This document shows positions 14,849 through 24,626 of a stretch of 26,813 nt of DNA, piece by piece. The notes beneath the pieces were generated by a model. It was not told the origin of the DNA, did not search any database, and saw nothing but the letters and a program-made list of their open reading frames with translations. Origin of the DNA: a virus. Lineage: Duplodnaviria; Caudoviricetes. The position numbers were made by a program, and so were the translations under genes. The stretch lies in the IMG/VR virus record IMGVR_UViG_3300003375_000119, positions 1-26,813 of that record; one strand, 5' to 3'. The number at the start of each line of letters is the position of its first letter. The first letter of the stretch is position 1.

Positions 14849-16294
14849 ATGGCAGGCACATCTGAAGTCCTTCAAGAATATCTGGTGGCCCTTGGGTTCA
14901 AAACAGATGTAATATCCTTACGAAAATTTGAAGACCAGTTGGGCGCTACCGGCAAGAAAGTCTTTGGCTTTGGTGCCAGTGTTGCTGGTGTGGTTGCTGG
15001 TGTAGAAGCAGCGACAGCGGCATTCGCCTATAGCATGCGCAAGAACTTCTTTGCTGCGGACCTAGCTGGTTCTACTGTGCAGCGCATGCAAGCGCTAACC
15101 TTCGCAGGTAAACAATTCGGAATCAGCGCTGACGCGATGGAGGGTTCAGTAACTAACCTAGCCCGTGCTTTTCGTCTTAATCCCGGCATGCGCAGCTATG
15201 CGGAATCCCTTACCCACATTTCAACCGCTGGACGCGACACCACTGACGTGATGCTGGATTTAGTTCGTTCCACAAAAGGAATGGATGAATTTATTGGCGC
15301 CAATATCATGCAGCAATTCGGCATGGGCGCGGATGAATACCACCAGATGCGTGAACACTTGGATGAACTGACCGCAGCACGACAAAAGGCGTTGGATATT
15401 CAAAAGGCCACTGGTGTGGATATGGAAAAACAGCGCAAGGATATTGAAGCCTACGCGGCCACCATGGATACGCTTTCTATGCGGTTTGATTCGTTTAGTA
15501 AGAAACTGATGTCGTGGTCCTTACCCGCTACTAAGAAAGTGGCAGGAGCATTAGATTATCTTCTTGAAGGTGCAACATATGCAATGATGAATCCTGCTGA
15601 GCAAAAGGAATGGGAACGTCAGCGCCGTGAAAAAGCAGGTCTCCCATATAAGGGGAAGCCCACAATGACTCCTGAAGAATACGCAAAGAACTTGGAAGCA
15701 AGAAAAGCAAAACTTGGCGTCACGCCTTCATCTGGCGATTCGCGTGCTGAATTCATTAAGCGTGCGTCCGATGCGCTTGGCGTTCCTGAAAGCGCTATAG
15801 CTGCTCAACTGCAATTGGAAACAGGTGCGTCCGGTAACAGTGCAATCGGTCAATTCAATTACGGAAATATCAAAGCGGGTAAGAGCTGGGCGGGGCAAAC
15901 TAGCTCACGAAACGTGCTTGAATACGATGCAGCAGGAAAGCCATTGCATCAGGATTCTGCTTTCCGCTCGTATTCAAGCGCAGCAAGTGCGGCTGAAGAT
16001 TATGCAAGCATGATCAAACGTCGGTTTCCTCAAGCAGTGGGCGCACATAACGCGACCGAATTTGCGCAGGGGTTAAAGAACGGCGGGTATGCAACGGACC
16101 CTGATTACGTGAATAAAGTAACAGGTGTGGCCACACGTTTGGGCGCCGCAGGTGGTTCAGCGGTAACGCAGAACAACACCACAACAATCAACGTCACAGG
16201 TTCGGACGCTAAGAGCACGGCGGTCGCAGTGGCAGGGCAACAGACACGCGTTATAGGGGATGCGGTCCGCATGCTCAAAGGTAGCACATCATGA
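14849..16294 (+). CDS. Tape measure protein with a glucosaminidase/FlgJ-like peptidoglycan hydrolase domain near the C-terminus
   Basis: N-terminal LQEYLVALGF and a helical Ala-rich body. Later motifs AQLQLETG, FNYGNIKA, FRSYSS and GGYATDPDY (YATDPDY at 16088-16108). Confidence 0.85.
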   Translation: MAGTSEVLQEYLVALGFKTDVISLRKFEDQLGATGKKVFGFGASVAGVVAGVEAATAAFAYSMRKNFFAADLAGSTVQRMQALTFAGKQFGISADAMEGSVTNLARAFRLNPGMRSYAESLTHISTAGRDTTDVMLDLVRSTKGMDEFIGANIMQQFGMGADEYHQMREHLDELTAARQKALDIQKATGVDMEKQRKDIEAYAATMDTLSMRFDSFSKKLMSWSLPATKKVAGALDYLLEGATYAMMNPAEQKEWERQRREKAGLPYKGKPTMTPEEYAKNLEARKAKLGVTPSSGDSRAEFIKRASDALGVPESAIAAQLQLETGASGNSAIGQFNYGNIKAGKSWAGQTSSRNVLEYDAAGKPLHQDSAFRSYSSAASAAEDYASMIKRRFPQAVGAHNATEFAQGLKNGGYATDPDYVNKVTGVATRLGAAGGSAVTQNNTTTINVTGSDAKSTAVAVAGQQTRVIGDAVRMLKGSTS

Positions 16295-17028
16295 GCGCAT
16301 TTACAGGCTTCGTTCAAGCTGGGCTCCAGATGGGGCTGGACACGATATTGGTTAAACCGAAGCGCGGAATATATAATATCGTACTTGGAAATGGAAAAAT
16401 TGTCAATGGCTATATAGCTGCGCAAGCGGTTATTGAAGAACGCCATATAGACGAGCTGGAAATTACAGACCATCCTGTTCAGCAAGGCGCAATGATTACG
16501 GATCACGCTTTTAAGCGCCCCGCGGAAGTCACCCTGCACTTAGGGTGGAGCAACAGCCCAACACCTACAGGGGGCCTGTTAAACGCAGCTATCGCGACAG
16601 GTGCGTCGTTGAATAGCACGGTTTCCAGCATTGCGAATGTCATGGGTATAGCTAACGGGGTTATGGGTCTTCAATCAGCGCTGTCAGGCTCCGCTATTTC
16701 TCAGATAAATCATATTTATGACTTATTGCTGGAACTTCAGTCTAAGCGGGGACTGTTTGATATTTATACGGGAAAGCGGCATTATACAAATATGGTCTGC
16801 AAGACACTGACAACTGAAAGCGATTTCAAGTCTGCGCATAGTTTGCCAATCACAATGGTTTGCAAACAAGTAATTCTTGTGAATACTCAGACCGTCTCGC
16901 TCCCAAAATCCTCGCAAGCAAATCCGCAAAATACCGCATCGCTTGCAAGCAAAGGAACGCAGCCAACGACAGCGGTCAGTTCACTTGAAGAATTGAAATT
17001 GCTGAAGTCCTATCCGAGGTCACAATAA
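16291..17028 (+). CDS. Baseplate/tail-tube initiator (Dit-like) protein
   Basis: Motifs EERHIDELEITDHPVQQGAMITDHAFKRP and TGKRHYTNM. Follows the tape measure gene with an ATGA overlap. Confidence 0.78.
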   Translation: MSAFTGFVQAGLQMGLDTILVKPKRGIYNIVLGNGKIVNGYIAAQAVIEERHIDELEITDHPVQQGAMITDHAFKRPAEVTLHLGWSNSPTPTGGLLNAAIATGASLNSTVSSIANVMGIANGVMGLQSALSGSAISQINHIYDLLLELQSKRGLFDIYTGKRHYTNMVCKTLTTESDFKSAHSLPITMVCKQVILVNTQTVSLPKSSQANPQNTASLASKGTQPTTAVSSLEELKLLKSYPRSQ

Positions 17029-17336
17029 TGGCAGCATTTGAAATTCCCCTGAGCCCTGAGGCGCAAACATTGACCACACAATTAGGCGCAGGGACATATG
17101 AGCTCACTTTGCTGTGGAGCACGATTGTGGGCGCTTGGGTGCTTAATATAGCTGACACAGGTGCAGCGCCTATCGTTTCAGGAATACCATTGGTTCCGGG
17201 TGTTGACTTGCTTGCCCAATTTGCGTATCTGAATTTCGGCGGTGCGCTAATTGTGGTCAACGATATTGCGCCAGCGCAACCACCTCTCTACGCAGAGTTG
17301 GGCGTCACGGGTCATCTTTATTTTATAACGCCATGA
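17028..17336 (+). CDS. Small baseplate protein
   Basis: Motifs EIPL, WVLNIAD, GIPLVPGVDLLAQF and LG..GHLYF, plus gene order. Confidence 0.72.
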   Translation: MAAFEIPLSPEAQTLTTQLGAGTYELTLLWSTIVGAWVLNIADTGAAPIVSGIPLVPGVDLLAQFAYLNFGGALIVVNDIAPAQPPLYAELGVTGHLYFITP

Positions 17337-18313
17337 CAACTCACGACCAATGGATTCGCAAGATTGGCCTTTATGTCGTGAAGCCCGGAGCTGACATTAC
17401 GTCACCCGATGTTGCTTTGGATTTGTCCGCTTTTCGTATTCATTTTACAACTACGAACGCGGATGTTGAAAGCCCCAATAGCTGCTCCATCCGTGTCTAC
17501 AATTTATCCCGTCAAACTATAAAAGAAATTCGCGGTGAGTTTAGCAAGGTTGTCTTGAATGCAGGATATGAGGGTGGAAACTATGGCGTCATATTCCAGG
17601 GCACCATTAAGCAATTCAAAATTGGACGCGAAAACAATATAGATAGCTATATTGATATTTATGCTGCGGATGGCGACATTGCTTACAACCAAGGAATCGT
17701 GAATGCGAGTCTTGCAGCAGGTGCGACCCCATTGGTGAGTGCTCAGGCAACAGCAGCAGCAATGCCGGGCGCCGATATTGATACGAAGTCACTCACCATC
17801 ACCCGGCAAAATATACCGAACCTTCGTGGATCAGTATTGTTCGGAATGGCACGGGCAAGGATGCGCGATATTACGTCGTATTTGGATGCGGGCTGGTCTA
17901 TCCAGAACGGCACAATAATAATGTCTGACAATACGGGGTATCGCGAGGGAACAGTGGTGAAAATAAATTCAGCCACAGGGCTCATTGGTGTACCCGAGCA
18001 GACCGATCAAGGTATTCGCGTCACTTGCTTGCTTAATTCTAAAATTCGAATTGGCGGTCGTGTGGAGCTTAATAATGCTGAAATTGCACAGTTGATGCAG
18101 CAGAATGACAGTGCAGCGCCAATCGCATACAACCAATGGGCAGGATTTCAGTACATTGCTGCCATAGGTGGGAAGCCAGACGGGGACGGGGCATACCGTG
18201 CGTTTGTGGTCGAACATGAAGGCGATAGCAGGGGCCACCAGTGGTACACGACGCTCACATGCTTGGCAATAAATGAAACCGTGGCAGCAAACGTATCGGT
18301 TCAGGGAGAATAA
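17333..18313 (+). CDS. Baseplate hub protein
   Basis: Motifs IRVYNLS, LNAGYEG...IFQGTI, AADGD, WSIQNG, TGLIGVPEQT and GDSRGHQWY. Confidence 0.8.
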   Translation: MTTHDQWIRKIGLYVVKPGADITSPDVALDLSAFRIHFTTTNADVESPNSCSIRVYNLSRQTIKEIRGEFSKVVLNAGYEGGNYGVIFQGTIKQFKIGRENNIDSYIDIYAADGDIAYNQGIVNASLAAGATPLVSAQATAAAMPGADIDTKSLTITRQNIPNLRGSVLFGMARARMRDITSYLDAGWSIQNGTIIMSDNTGYREGTVVKINSATGLIGVPEQTDQGIRVTCLLNSKIRIGGRVELNNAEIAQLMQQNDSAAPIAYNQWAGFQYIAAIGGKPDGDGAYRAFVVEHEGDSRGHQWYTTLTCLAINETVAANVSVQGE

Positions 18314-18315
18314 TA

Positions 18316-19089
18316 ATGGATCGCTTAGAACGAATTGAAAGCACTAATGAAATGCTTATCGCTGCAATGCGCGGCGAGCGAGCTGACATCTGGACAGCAT
18401 TACCGGGAATCGTGCAGTCATTTGATCCTGCGAAAATGACCTGTTCGGTTCAGCCAACAATTCGTTTTCGTATTCTGCCGCCCGCAATGAATACCTATAA
18501 ATCAGCGACCGCAATAATGGATCCTAGCGGCCAATTCATGTGGGACCAGATGCCGCTCATGACGGATTGCCCAGTTCAATTTCCAGGAGGAGGGGGTGTC
18601 ACTTTAACTTTCCCCATTGCGAAGGGCGATGAGGTGCTACTGGTTATCGCATCGCGTTGCGTTGACGCATGGTGGGCATATGGTGGCATCCAGAACCAGA
18701 ATGCAGCACGCATGCATGACCTATCCGATGGGTTTGTAATTCCGCAGGTGCGAAGCCAGGCTCGGAAATTCACAGTTAGTAGCACCGCAGCCCAAATACG
18801 AAACGACGCGGGAACCGCTTATATTGAAATGAACGCTACGACGGGGGCGGTGGCAGTGGTATGCCCCACGGCAACCGTTACAGCAAGCACCAGCGCAACC
18901 GTTACAGCGCCAACAGTTACCATCAATGGCAACCTAGCGGTCAATGGTACAATCACCGCTACGGGGCTTTTAACCGCTGCGAGCGCTACTATATCCGGAA
19001 CACTAACGAACGGCGGTAAAGATATTGGGCCTTCACATGTTCATACGGGTGTTCAAACTGGCTTAGGTAACACTGGAGGCATTTTGTGA
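18316..19089 (+). CDS. Baseplate central spike (Gp138/gpV-like)
   Basis: Motifs TALPGIVQSFD, PVQFPGGGG, GDEVLLV...RCVDAWW and RMHDLSDG. C-terminal HVHTGVQTG is the metal-binding tip motif. Confidence 0.88.
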   Translation: MDRLERIESTNEMLIAAMRGERADIWTALPGIVQSFDPAKMTCSVQPTIRFRILPPAMNTYKSATAIMDPSGQFMWDQMPLMTDCPVQFPGGGGVTLTFPIAKGDEVLLVIASRCVDAWWAYGGIQNQNAARMHDLSDGFVIPQVRSQARKFTVSSTAAQIRNDAGTAYIEMNATTGAVAVVCPTATVTASTSATVTAPTVTINGNLAVNGTITATGLLTAASATISGTLTNGGKDIGPSHVHTGVQTGLGNTGGIL

Positions 19090-19439
19090 TATATCGAAAA
19101 TTAGATGCTTCTGGAGATTACAGCTTTGGGCATCAAGGTGCAGATTTTTATGCTAACGTTCCAGAAGCAGTGGCGCAAGCTGTGCGGACACGATTAGAAT
19201 TGTTCCAAGGCGAATGGTTTCTGGATACTACTGCCGGAACACCTTATAGTTCGCAGATTCTTGGCGCTGGAACGGTTGCGTATTACGACCGGGCAATTCA
19301 AGATGTAATACTGGGAACGCAAGGCGTCACAGGTCTTACCGCTTATTCTAGTTCTATAAATCCATCTTCTCGCGCTGCAATGGTCAACGCGACAATAAGC
19401 ACAGCCTATGGCTCTGCTTCCATAACTGCGGCGGTTTAG
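19086..19439 (+). CDS. Baseplate wedge / sheath initiator protein
   Basis: GTG start in a GTGA overlap. Motifs YRKLDASGDYSFG and AVAQAVRTRL.LFQGEWFLD. Confidence 0.8.
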   Translation: MIYRKLDASGDYSFGHQGADFYANVPEAVAQAVRTRLELFQGEWFLDTTAGTPYSSQILGAGTVAYYDRAIQDVILGTQGVTGLTAYSSSINPSSRAAMVNATISTAYGSASITAAV

Positions 19440-19443
19440 AATA

Positions 19444-20631
19444 ATGCCCCTCTACCCACTTTCCACACTTGCTGCCACAATAGATGGAACAGGAATTAGC
19501 GCACCTCCTTATTCCGATATTTACCAAAGCCTTATCGCATCGTTCCAAGGAATATACGGGTCAGATATTTATATTGCACCTGATTCACAGGACGGGCAGT
19601 GGCTTGCAATTCTTGCGCAAACAATCTACGACAGCAACCAAGCCGCTATTGCGTGTTTCCAATCATTTTCGCCTTCTTATGCGCAAGGTGCAGGCTTGTC
19701 CTCACTTGTGAAAATAAACGGACTGACCCGTCTTGCTGCCAGTAATTCAACGGTTGACCAAGTAATTATTGGCCAAGCTGGCACCATAATTCAGAATGGT
19801 GTTACCAAGGACGCCCAGAGCAATTTGTGGTCATTGCCTGCACTTGTAACTATCCCACTGAGCGGCACAATTACAGTTCTTGGCACTTGCCAAACTGTTG
19901 GCGCAATTACACCATCGCTCAATTCTGTCAATACTATTTTCACGCCCACTTTGGGGTGGCAGTCTGTCACTAACCTTACCTCTGGCGCTCCTGGCAATCC
20001 TGTGGAATCGGACCCAGCTTTGCGGGTTCGCCAAACTTCCAGCGTTGCACTTCCATCGCTTACCGTGCTTTCGGGTATCGTTGGAGCAATTGAAAACCTG
20101 GCGGGTGTCATTGCGGTGAAGGCATATGAGAATGATACAAACGCAACAGACTCTAACGGGCTTCCCCACAATACAATCAGTTTCGTGGTTGAAGGTGGTG
20201 ACCCATTGGCAATAGCTGGGACCATTGCGGGAAAGAAGACCCCTGGCGCAGGTACTTATGGCACAACAGCGGAAGTGATTTTGGATTCGGTGGGTGTCCC
20301 GCACACAATCAATTTCTTCCGCCCAAGCGTGCAGAATATAGCGGTTGCGATTACATTGGTTCGTGGCATTGGGTACACGACTGCAATTGGAGTTGAAATA
20401 CAAACGGCGGTCGCTGCTTATATTAACGGGCTAGCGATTGGTCAGAATGTGTTGTTCACCCGCTTATTTATGCCAGCCAACCTTAACGGAAGCACGGATT
20501 CGCTGTCATATGAAGTTACAGCGATGACCATAGGCCTTGTGGGCGGCTCGTTAGTTGCTGCGGACTATGCGGTGGGCTTCACAGGGCTTGCGCAATGTAA
20601 CTCCTCTAATGTTGTCTTAACCACAATTTAA
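19444..20631 (+). CDS. Baseplate J-like wedge protein
   Basis: Motifs DSQDGQW, GAGLSSLVKINGL, ESDPALRVRQ, YENDT, VVEGGD and KKTPG. Confidence 0.88.
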   Translation: MPLYPLSTLAATIDGTGISAPPYSDIYQSLIASFQGIYGSDIYIAPDSQDGQWLAILAQTIYDSNQAAIACFQSFSPSYAQGAGLSSLVKINGLTRLAASNSTVDQVIIGQAGTIIQNGVTKDAQSNLWSLPALVTIPLSGTITVLGTCQTVGAITPSLNSVNTIFTPTLGWQSVTNLTSGAPGNPVESDPALRVRQTSSVALPSLTVLSGIVGAIENLAGVIAVKAYENDTNATDSNGLPHNTISFVVEGGDPLAIAGTIAGKKTPGAGTYGTTAEVILDSVGVPHTINFFRPSVQNIAVAITLVRGIGYTTAIGVEIQTAVAAYINGLAIGQNVLFTRLFMPANLNGSTDSLSYEVTAMTIGLVGGSLVAADYAVGFTGLAQCNSSNVVLTTI

Positions 20632-20632
20632 C

Positions 20633-21373
20633 ATGGCGCAAGTAACTGATTACATTTCGCTCATACCTAGCCAGAACGCTAGTGCGCCCAAATTCGTGGC
20701 AATGGTGTCGTTGCTTGCGCAGGCGTTTGTTGATGAGCAAACTACGCTGGGCGCCATTACTTTTGATTTGGATACAGCGGCAGGGGTTTCGTTAGACGCC
20801 ATTGGTCAGTGGGTTGGTATAACCCGCCAGATTCAAGGGCCACCCTTGCAAGTGTATTTTTCGTTTGACGTGGTGGGACTGGGATTCGATCAAGGTTTAA
20901 TTTATGGACCTTCCGCAGCAAGTGCGGGCGTTTCTACGCTTGACGATTATTCATACCGCACGCTTCTTCGAATAAAGATTGCAGCGAATTCATGGGATGG
21001 CACGCTTACCGGATTTCAAAATATCCTTGCTATGCTGGTCAATTCCGCACCACCTATCGCCAATCAGGTTGTGGATGCGTATGGGGATATAGTGCAGTCC
21101 AACAGCATTCCTGTTGTGCAGATACCGATTCCCGGGAGTTATATTGGGGTGTTTGATAACCAGGATATGACGATGACGATTGCGTTAGCTGGTATTATGC
21201 CAACAGCGGTCACAACCCAATTGCTCACGAGTATCTATACACCTTTGAAACCCGAGGGTGTTAAACTGAAAACGTATGCTACGTCCATCAGTGGCTCACC
21301 TATATTTGGATTCGACTGTGAGAATGGACTTATTAGCGGTTTTGATGCTGGTTCAATTGCAGTATCTTTTTAG
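20633..21373 (+). CDS. Baseplate wedge protein (DUF2612)
   Basis: Motifs FDLDTAAGVSLDAIGQWVG, LDDYSYRTLLRIKIAANSWDGT, DNQDMTM and KPEGV. Confidence 0.85.
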   Translation: MAQVTDYISLIPSQNASAPKFVAMVSLLAQAFVDEQTTLGAITFDLDTAAGVSLDAIGQWVGITRQIQGPPLQVYFSFDVVGLGFDQGLIYGPSAASAGVSTLDDYSYRTLLRIKIAANSWDGTLTGFQNILAMLVNSAPPIANQVVDAYGDIVQSNSIPVVQIPIPGSYIGVFDNQDMTMTIALAGIMPTAVTTQLLTSIYTPLKPEGVKLKTYATSISGSPIFGFDCENGLISGFDAGSIAVSF

Positions 21374-21382
21374 AGTTAAGAA

Positions 21383-23638
21383 ATGACTTCAACCATTACC
21401 CTGAATCAATTCCCTGTGGCTACTCAAGCCAACACGGGTGACACGCTTTACCTTTCGCAATCGGGTATTGACAAACAAGTTCCGGTCCAAGTATTGTTAG
21501 CTTCATTCATTAACTTTCAAAACCTATTATACAGCTCACTTGGCGCAGGGCAAATAGGAACAATGAATGGCTCTACGTTACAGGCCAATCTTACTGCGCT
21601 TTTAAATGGCCAAGGTTCAGGCGTGATAGGTTACGCAACATTTTCATTGATGAATGCTGACTTAGCACATAGCGCGGGAACTGTTGCGCTTGTGACAAAT
21701 GACGCCACTGTAGCGAATAATACTTTTTATCTAAAATCTGGTTCAAGTGGATCTGGAAGTTGGACTGCACAAAGTACCGCCCCATTAACTTTGGAAACAT
21801 CTGCAAGAATACAAGGCGACATAAATACTTCTAATTTAATTAGAATCTCGATCGAGGCTTCGCAGAACTTGATGCGAAATCTATATGACTCCAATAGATC
21901 GCAATCTGGTCTATATGTTGATACCACCGGAGGGCTGAGCGCTAATGCTGGCTATTATGCGTCTAATTTTATTGCATGCGATCCTAGCACCGCTTACGTG
22001 TTTAGAGGAACTGGAGTATCGCATATCGCATATTATGATCTAAACCAATTGTTTATTTCTTATGCAGGCGGCCCATCCTCAATTACCACTCCAAGCAATG
22101 CCGCCTATTTGAGGTTCTCCCATACCAATTCAAGCCAGCTAACAATGATGCTGGTGCCAGGAAGTACTGCGCCCAATATCTTTATTGCGTTCGCTGCCGT
22201 AGATTCGGCTACAGCAAAGCGAACTGCGCTCGCCGCATCTTTGGATGCGATTGACCGAACTGGCGCATCAGTAAGAAATTTGTTTGACCCACTGCGAACA
22301 ACTCAAAATACGCTGCTTGATCTGTATGGCAATACATATGCTCAATCCGGATATTTCGTTACTGACTACATACCAGTACAGCCATCCACAATGTACAGCA
22401 CCAGCGCTGGCTCTCCTGCTTCTGGTGCCTCGTACTATGATGAAAATAAAGTTTTCATATCAAGCTTTACCGCAAGCACAGGGTCAGGATTTACAACGCC
22501 AGCAAATTGCTTTTACTTTCGTCAAGGAATTTATGGAACAGGCAGCACTGCATTTGTATGCATTGCGAAAGGCGCATCCGTTCCAGCTATCTTTCCGCCT
22601 TTTGCATCTTCTTATGTTGCAGAAGCTAGAAATTTAATAGCATCACGAAATGCAGTTAACGCAGCTTTGCCATTGATAAGAAATTTATTTGATCAAAATC
22701 GGATATTGGTCAATACAGCAATATCAAATGTAAATGGAGCCACATATGCGGCCACCGGTTGGTTCACAACCCCGCAAATACCTGTCACACCATTGGGATT
22801 GTTCTACTCCACGCAAACCTCCCTGACAGGTGCATATTTCGATATAAATGGCAAATTCCTATCTGGATTTACAAGCCTTTCTGCTCAGCCCGCCACCGTA
22901 CCTGCTGATGCATATTATGTGCAGTTCCAATCGTACGGGGTGAATGGTGCTGCTTCTTTGGTCGTTACTTCGGGCGGTGTTCCATCTGGCTATATTCAGT
23001 TTGTATCTGGCGGGAATTCGCTCCCGTGGCAGGGAAAGAACTTGCTCATCCTGGGGGATAGCATTAGTGCAAACGGTTTGTATGTCCCGTATTTGATAGC
23101 AGGGACAGGAATGAATCTGTATGCCAATTACGGCGTTGCTGGTAGAGCGGTTCGTCAGATGGGTGCCAATACTTCAGGCGCAACATTAACGTCTAGTGAC
23201 CTTTCAACTGTTGACTTCGTGAGTATTCTAGGTGGAACGAATGACTATGGAGGAAGCCGTAGTCTCGGAACTATTGCTGACGCATATACGGGCACGTCGG
23301 CGGCGACATTTTATGCTGACGTTTTCAACTTGCTCACATTGCTTTACACGCTAAAACCAACGGTTCGCGTGATGTTTAGCACTCCGATGCAACGTGGGGC
23401 ATTTACTGGTCAACCAACATACCCGGCTGCAAATTCTGCGGGATATTATTTACCGCAATACGTTCAAGCAATTAAGGACGTGTGCACATTGTTCAGCACC
23501 CCGGTATGCGATTTATTTAGCCTCAGCGGGATAAACACGCTAAATCTTACCAGTTTTACGGCCGACAATTTGCATCCAAACGCAGCGGGAAGTATCCTGC
23601 ATTCGCGCCCAATGATTGCCGTCACAAACGCTTCTTAA
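21383..23638 (+). CDS. Tailspike-like protein with three ~134-aa repeats and a C-terminal SGNH/GDSL esterase
   Basis: SGNH blocks: LILGDSI (Ser at 23060), GVAG, GGTNDY and DNLHPN (23564-23581). Repeats begin RNL(Y/F)D at 21875, 22274 and 22679. Located in the tail-appendage region. Confidence 0.82.
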   Translation: MTSTITLNQFPVATQANTGDTLYLSQSGIDKQVPVQVLLASFINFQNLLYSSLGAGQIGTMNGSTLQANLTALLNGQGSGVIGYATFSLMNADLAHSAGTVALVTNDATVANNTFYLKSGSSGSGSWTAQSTAPLTLETSARIQGDINTSNLIRISIEASQNLMRNLYDSNRSQSGLYVDTTGGLSANAGYYASNFIACDPSTAYVFRGTGVSHIAYYDLNQLFISYAGGPSSITTPSNAAYLRFSHTNSSQLTMMLVPGSTAPNIFIAFAAVDSATAKRTALAASLDAIDRTGASVRNLFDPLRTTQNTLLDLYGNTYAQSGYFVTDYIPVQPSTMYSTSAGSPASGASYYDENKVFISSFTASTGSGFTTPANCFYFRQGIYGTGSTAFVCIAKGASVPAIFPPFASSYVAEARNLIASRNAVNAALPLIRNLFDQNRILVNTAISNVNGATYAATGWFTTPQIPVTPLGLFYSTQTSLTGAYFDINGKFLSGFTSLSAQPATVPADAYYVQFQSYGVNGAASLVVTSGGVPSGYIQFVSGGNSLPWQGKNLLILGDSISANGLYVPYLIAGTGMNLYANYGVAGRAVRQMGANTSGATLTSSDLSTVDFVSILGGTNDYGGSRSLGTIADAYTGTSAATFYADVFNLLTLLYTLKPTVRVMFSTPMQRGAFTGQPTYPAANSAGYYLPQYVQAIKDVCTLFSTPVCDLFSLSGINTLNLTSFTADNLHPNAAGSILHSRPMIAVTNAS

Positions 23639-23656
23639 AACAACCTAGGATCCAAA

Positions 23657-24616
23657 ATGAGCGGAACTAATCAATTTCTACCATTCGCAGCGGGTAGCGG
23701 TGCGAATGCGCTCACGCCTGCTGCTTACGCCGCTTTGACCACACTGGTGGCAAACGGCTTTCAATCCGGTCTCGCGCAATCTGTGCAGTTCAATACTGTG
23801 CTCCGGCAAGCCAGTTTCGTTGCATCTGCTATCGGGCAACTAATGGCGGATGTGACAGGCGGAACCATTGCTGATAATGGCGTCGTGCTGACGTTTGAGG
23901 AGCAGTTGCTCGCAGCTATCAACCTCTGCGTCTACGGTGTTGACAATGGGGCTGCAAACGCCTACAGCGTCACCTATCCTGTACCAATCACCACACTCAC
24001 GGATGGTACACGGCTTCGCTTTCGTGCAACGCATGCAAACACTGGTGCCTCCACTTTCTCGCCCTCCGGTCTCGGTGCTCAACCCATTTATAGCTCCATG
24101 CACAGTGCACTCATTGCAGGCGAGATTGTGGTGGGCGGTGATGTGGAAATCGTTTGGAACAGCGTGCTGGCAGGCTGGGTGTTGCTTGAGTGTACGGGTG
24201 GCTCGCAGCAGTTACCAGCTGGCACCTACGGCGTGACAGCGACCACGGGCGACAGCAGCACCAAGGTTTCAACTACAGCGTTTGTGGCCACCGCTATAAC
24301 GGCAGCACTGGTGACCGCAGCAAGCGCGGCAGCAGCGACGCAAATTGGCATAGGGCAGACGTGGCAGAACCTTACCGCCTCCCGCGCTAATGGAACTACT
24401 TATACGAATTCGACTGCCAAGCCAATTCTGGTTTCCATTACGACTGGCACTAATGCTACGACTAACCACACTATCACCGTCGGTGGCGTAGTGGCGCAAC
24501 AAGCTGCAACCAATCCGAATGCTACTACAGCATGGGTGATGGCAATAGTGCCACCGGGCGCCACTTATGTTGCCTCGAGCAATGGCACAATGTCCTATTG
24601 GGCAGAACTTCGTTAA
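23657..24616 (+). CDS. Tail fibre protein
   Basis: N-terminal NQFLPFA..GAN...GFQSG.A.S...NTVLRQAS baseplate anchor, DSSTKVSTTAFV, and a C-terminal IGIGQTWQN...YTNST.KPI...IVPPGATY...WAELR tip. Confidence 0.87.
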   Translation: MSGTNQFLPFAAGSGANALTPAAYAALTTLVANGFQSGLAQSVQFNTVLRQASFVASAIGQLMADVTGGTIADNGVVLTFEEQLLAAINLCVYGVDNGAANAYSVTYPVPITTLTDGTRLRFRATHANTGASTFSPSGLGAQPIYSSMHSALIAGEIVVGGDVEIVWNSVLAGWVLLECTGGSQQLPAGTYGVTATTGDSSTKVSTTAFVATAITAALVTAASAAAATQIGIGQTWQNLTASRANGTTYTNSTAKPILVSITTGTNATTNHTITVGGVVAQQAATNPNATTAWVMAIVPPGATYVASSNGTMSYWAELR

Positions 24617-24626
24617 GGACTGAAAA

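Noticed and set aside
19036-19044. HVH in the baseplate spike as another copy of the IHIH tag
   Set aside because: This is the known C-terminal H-x-H metal-binding tip motif of gpV/gp138-type spikes, in a different context.
19804-19815. TKDA in baseplate J as a processing site
   Set aside because: It is an isolated occurrence inside a folded tail protein. It shows the short [RK]D[AS] motif arises by chance, so only clustered or boundary-located copies were counted.
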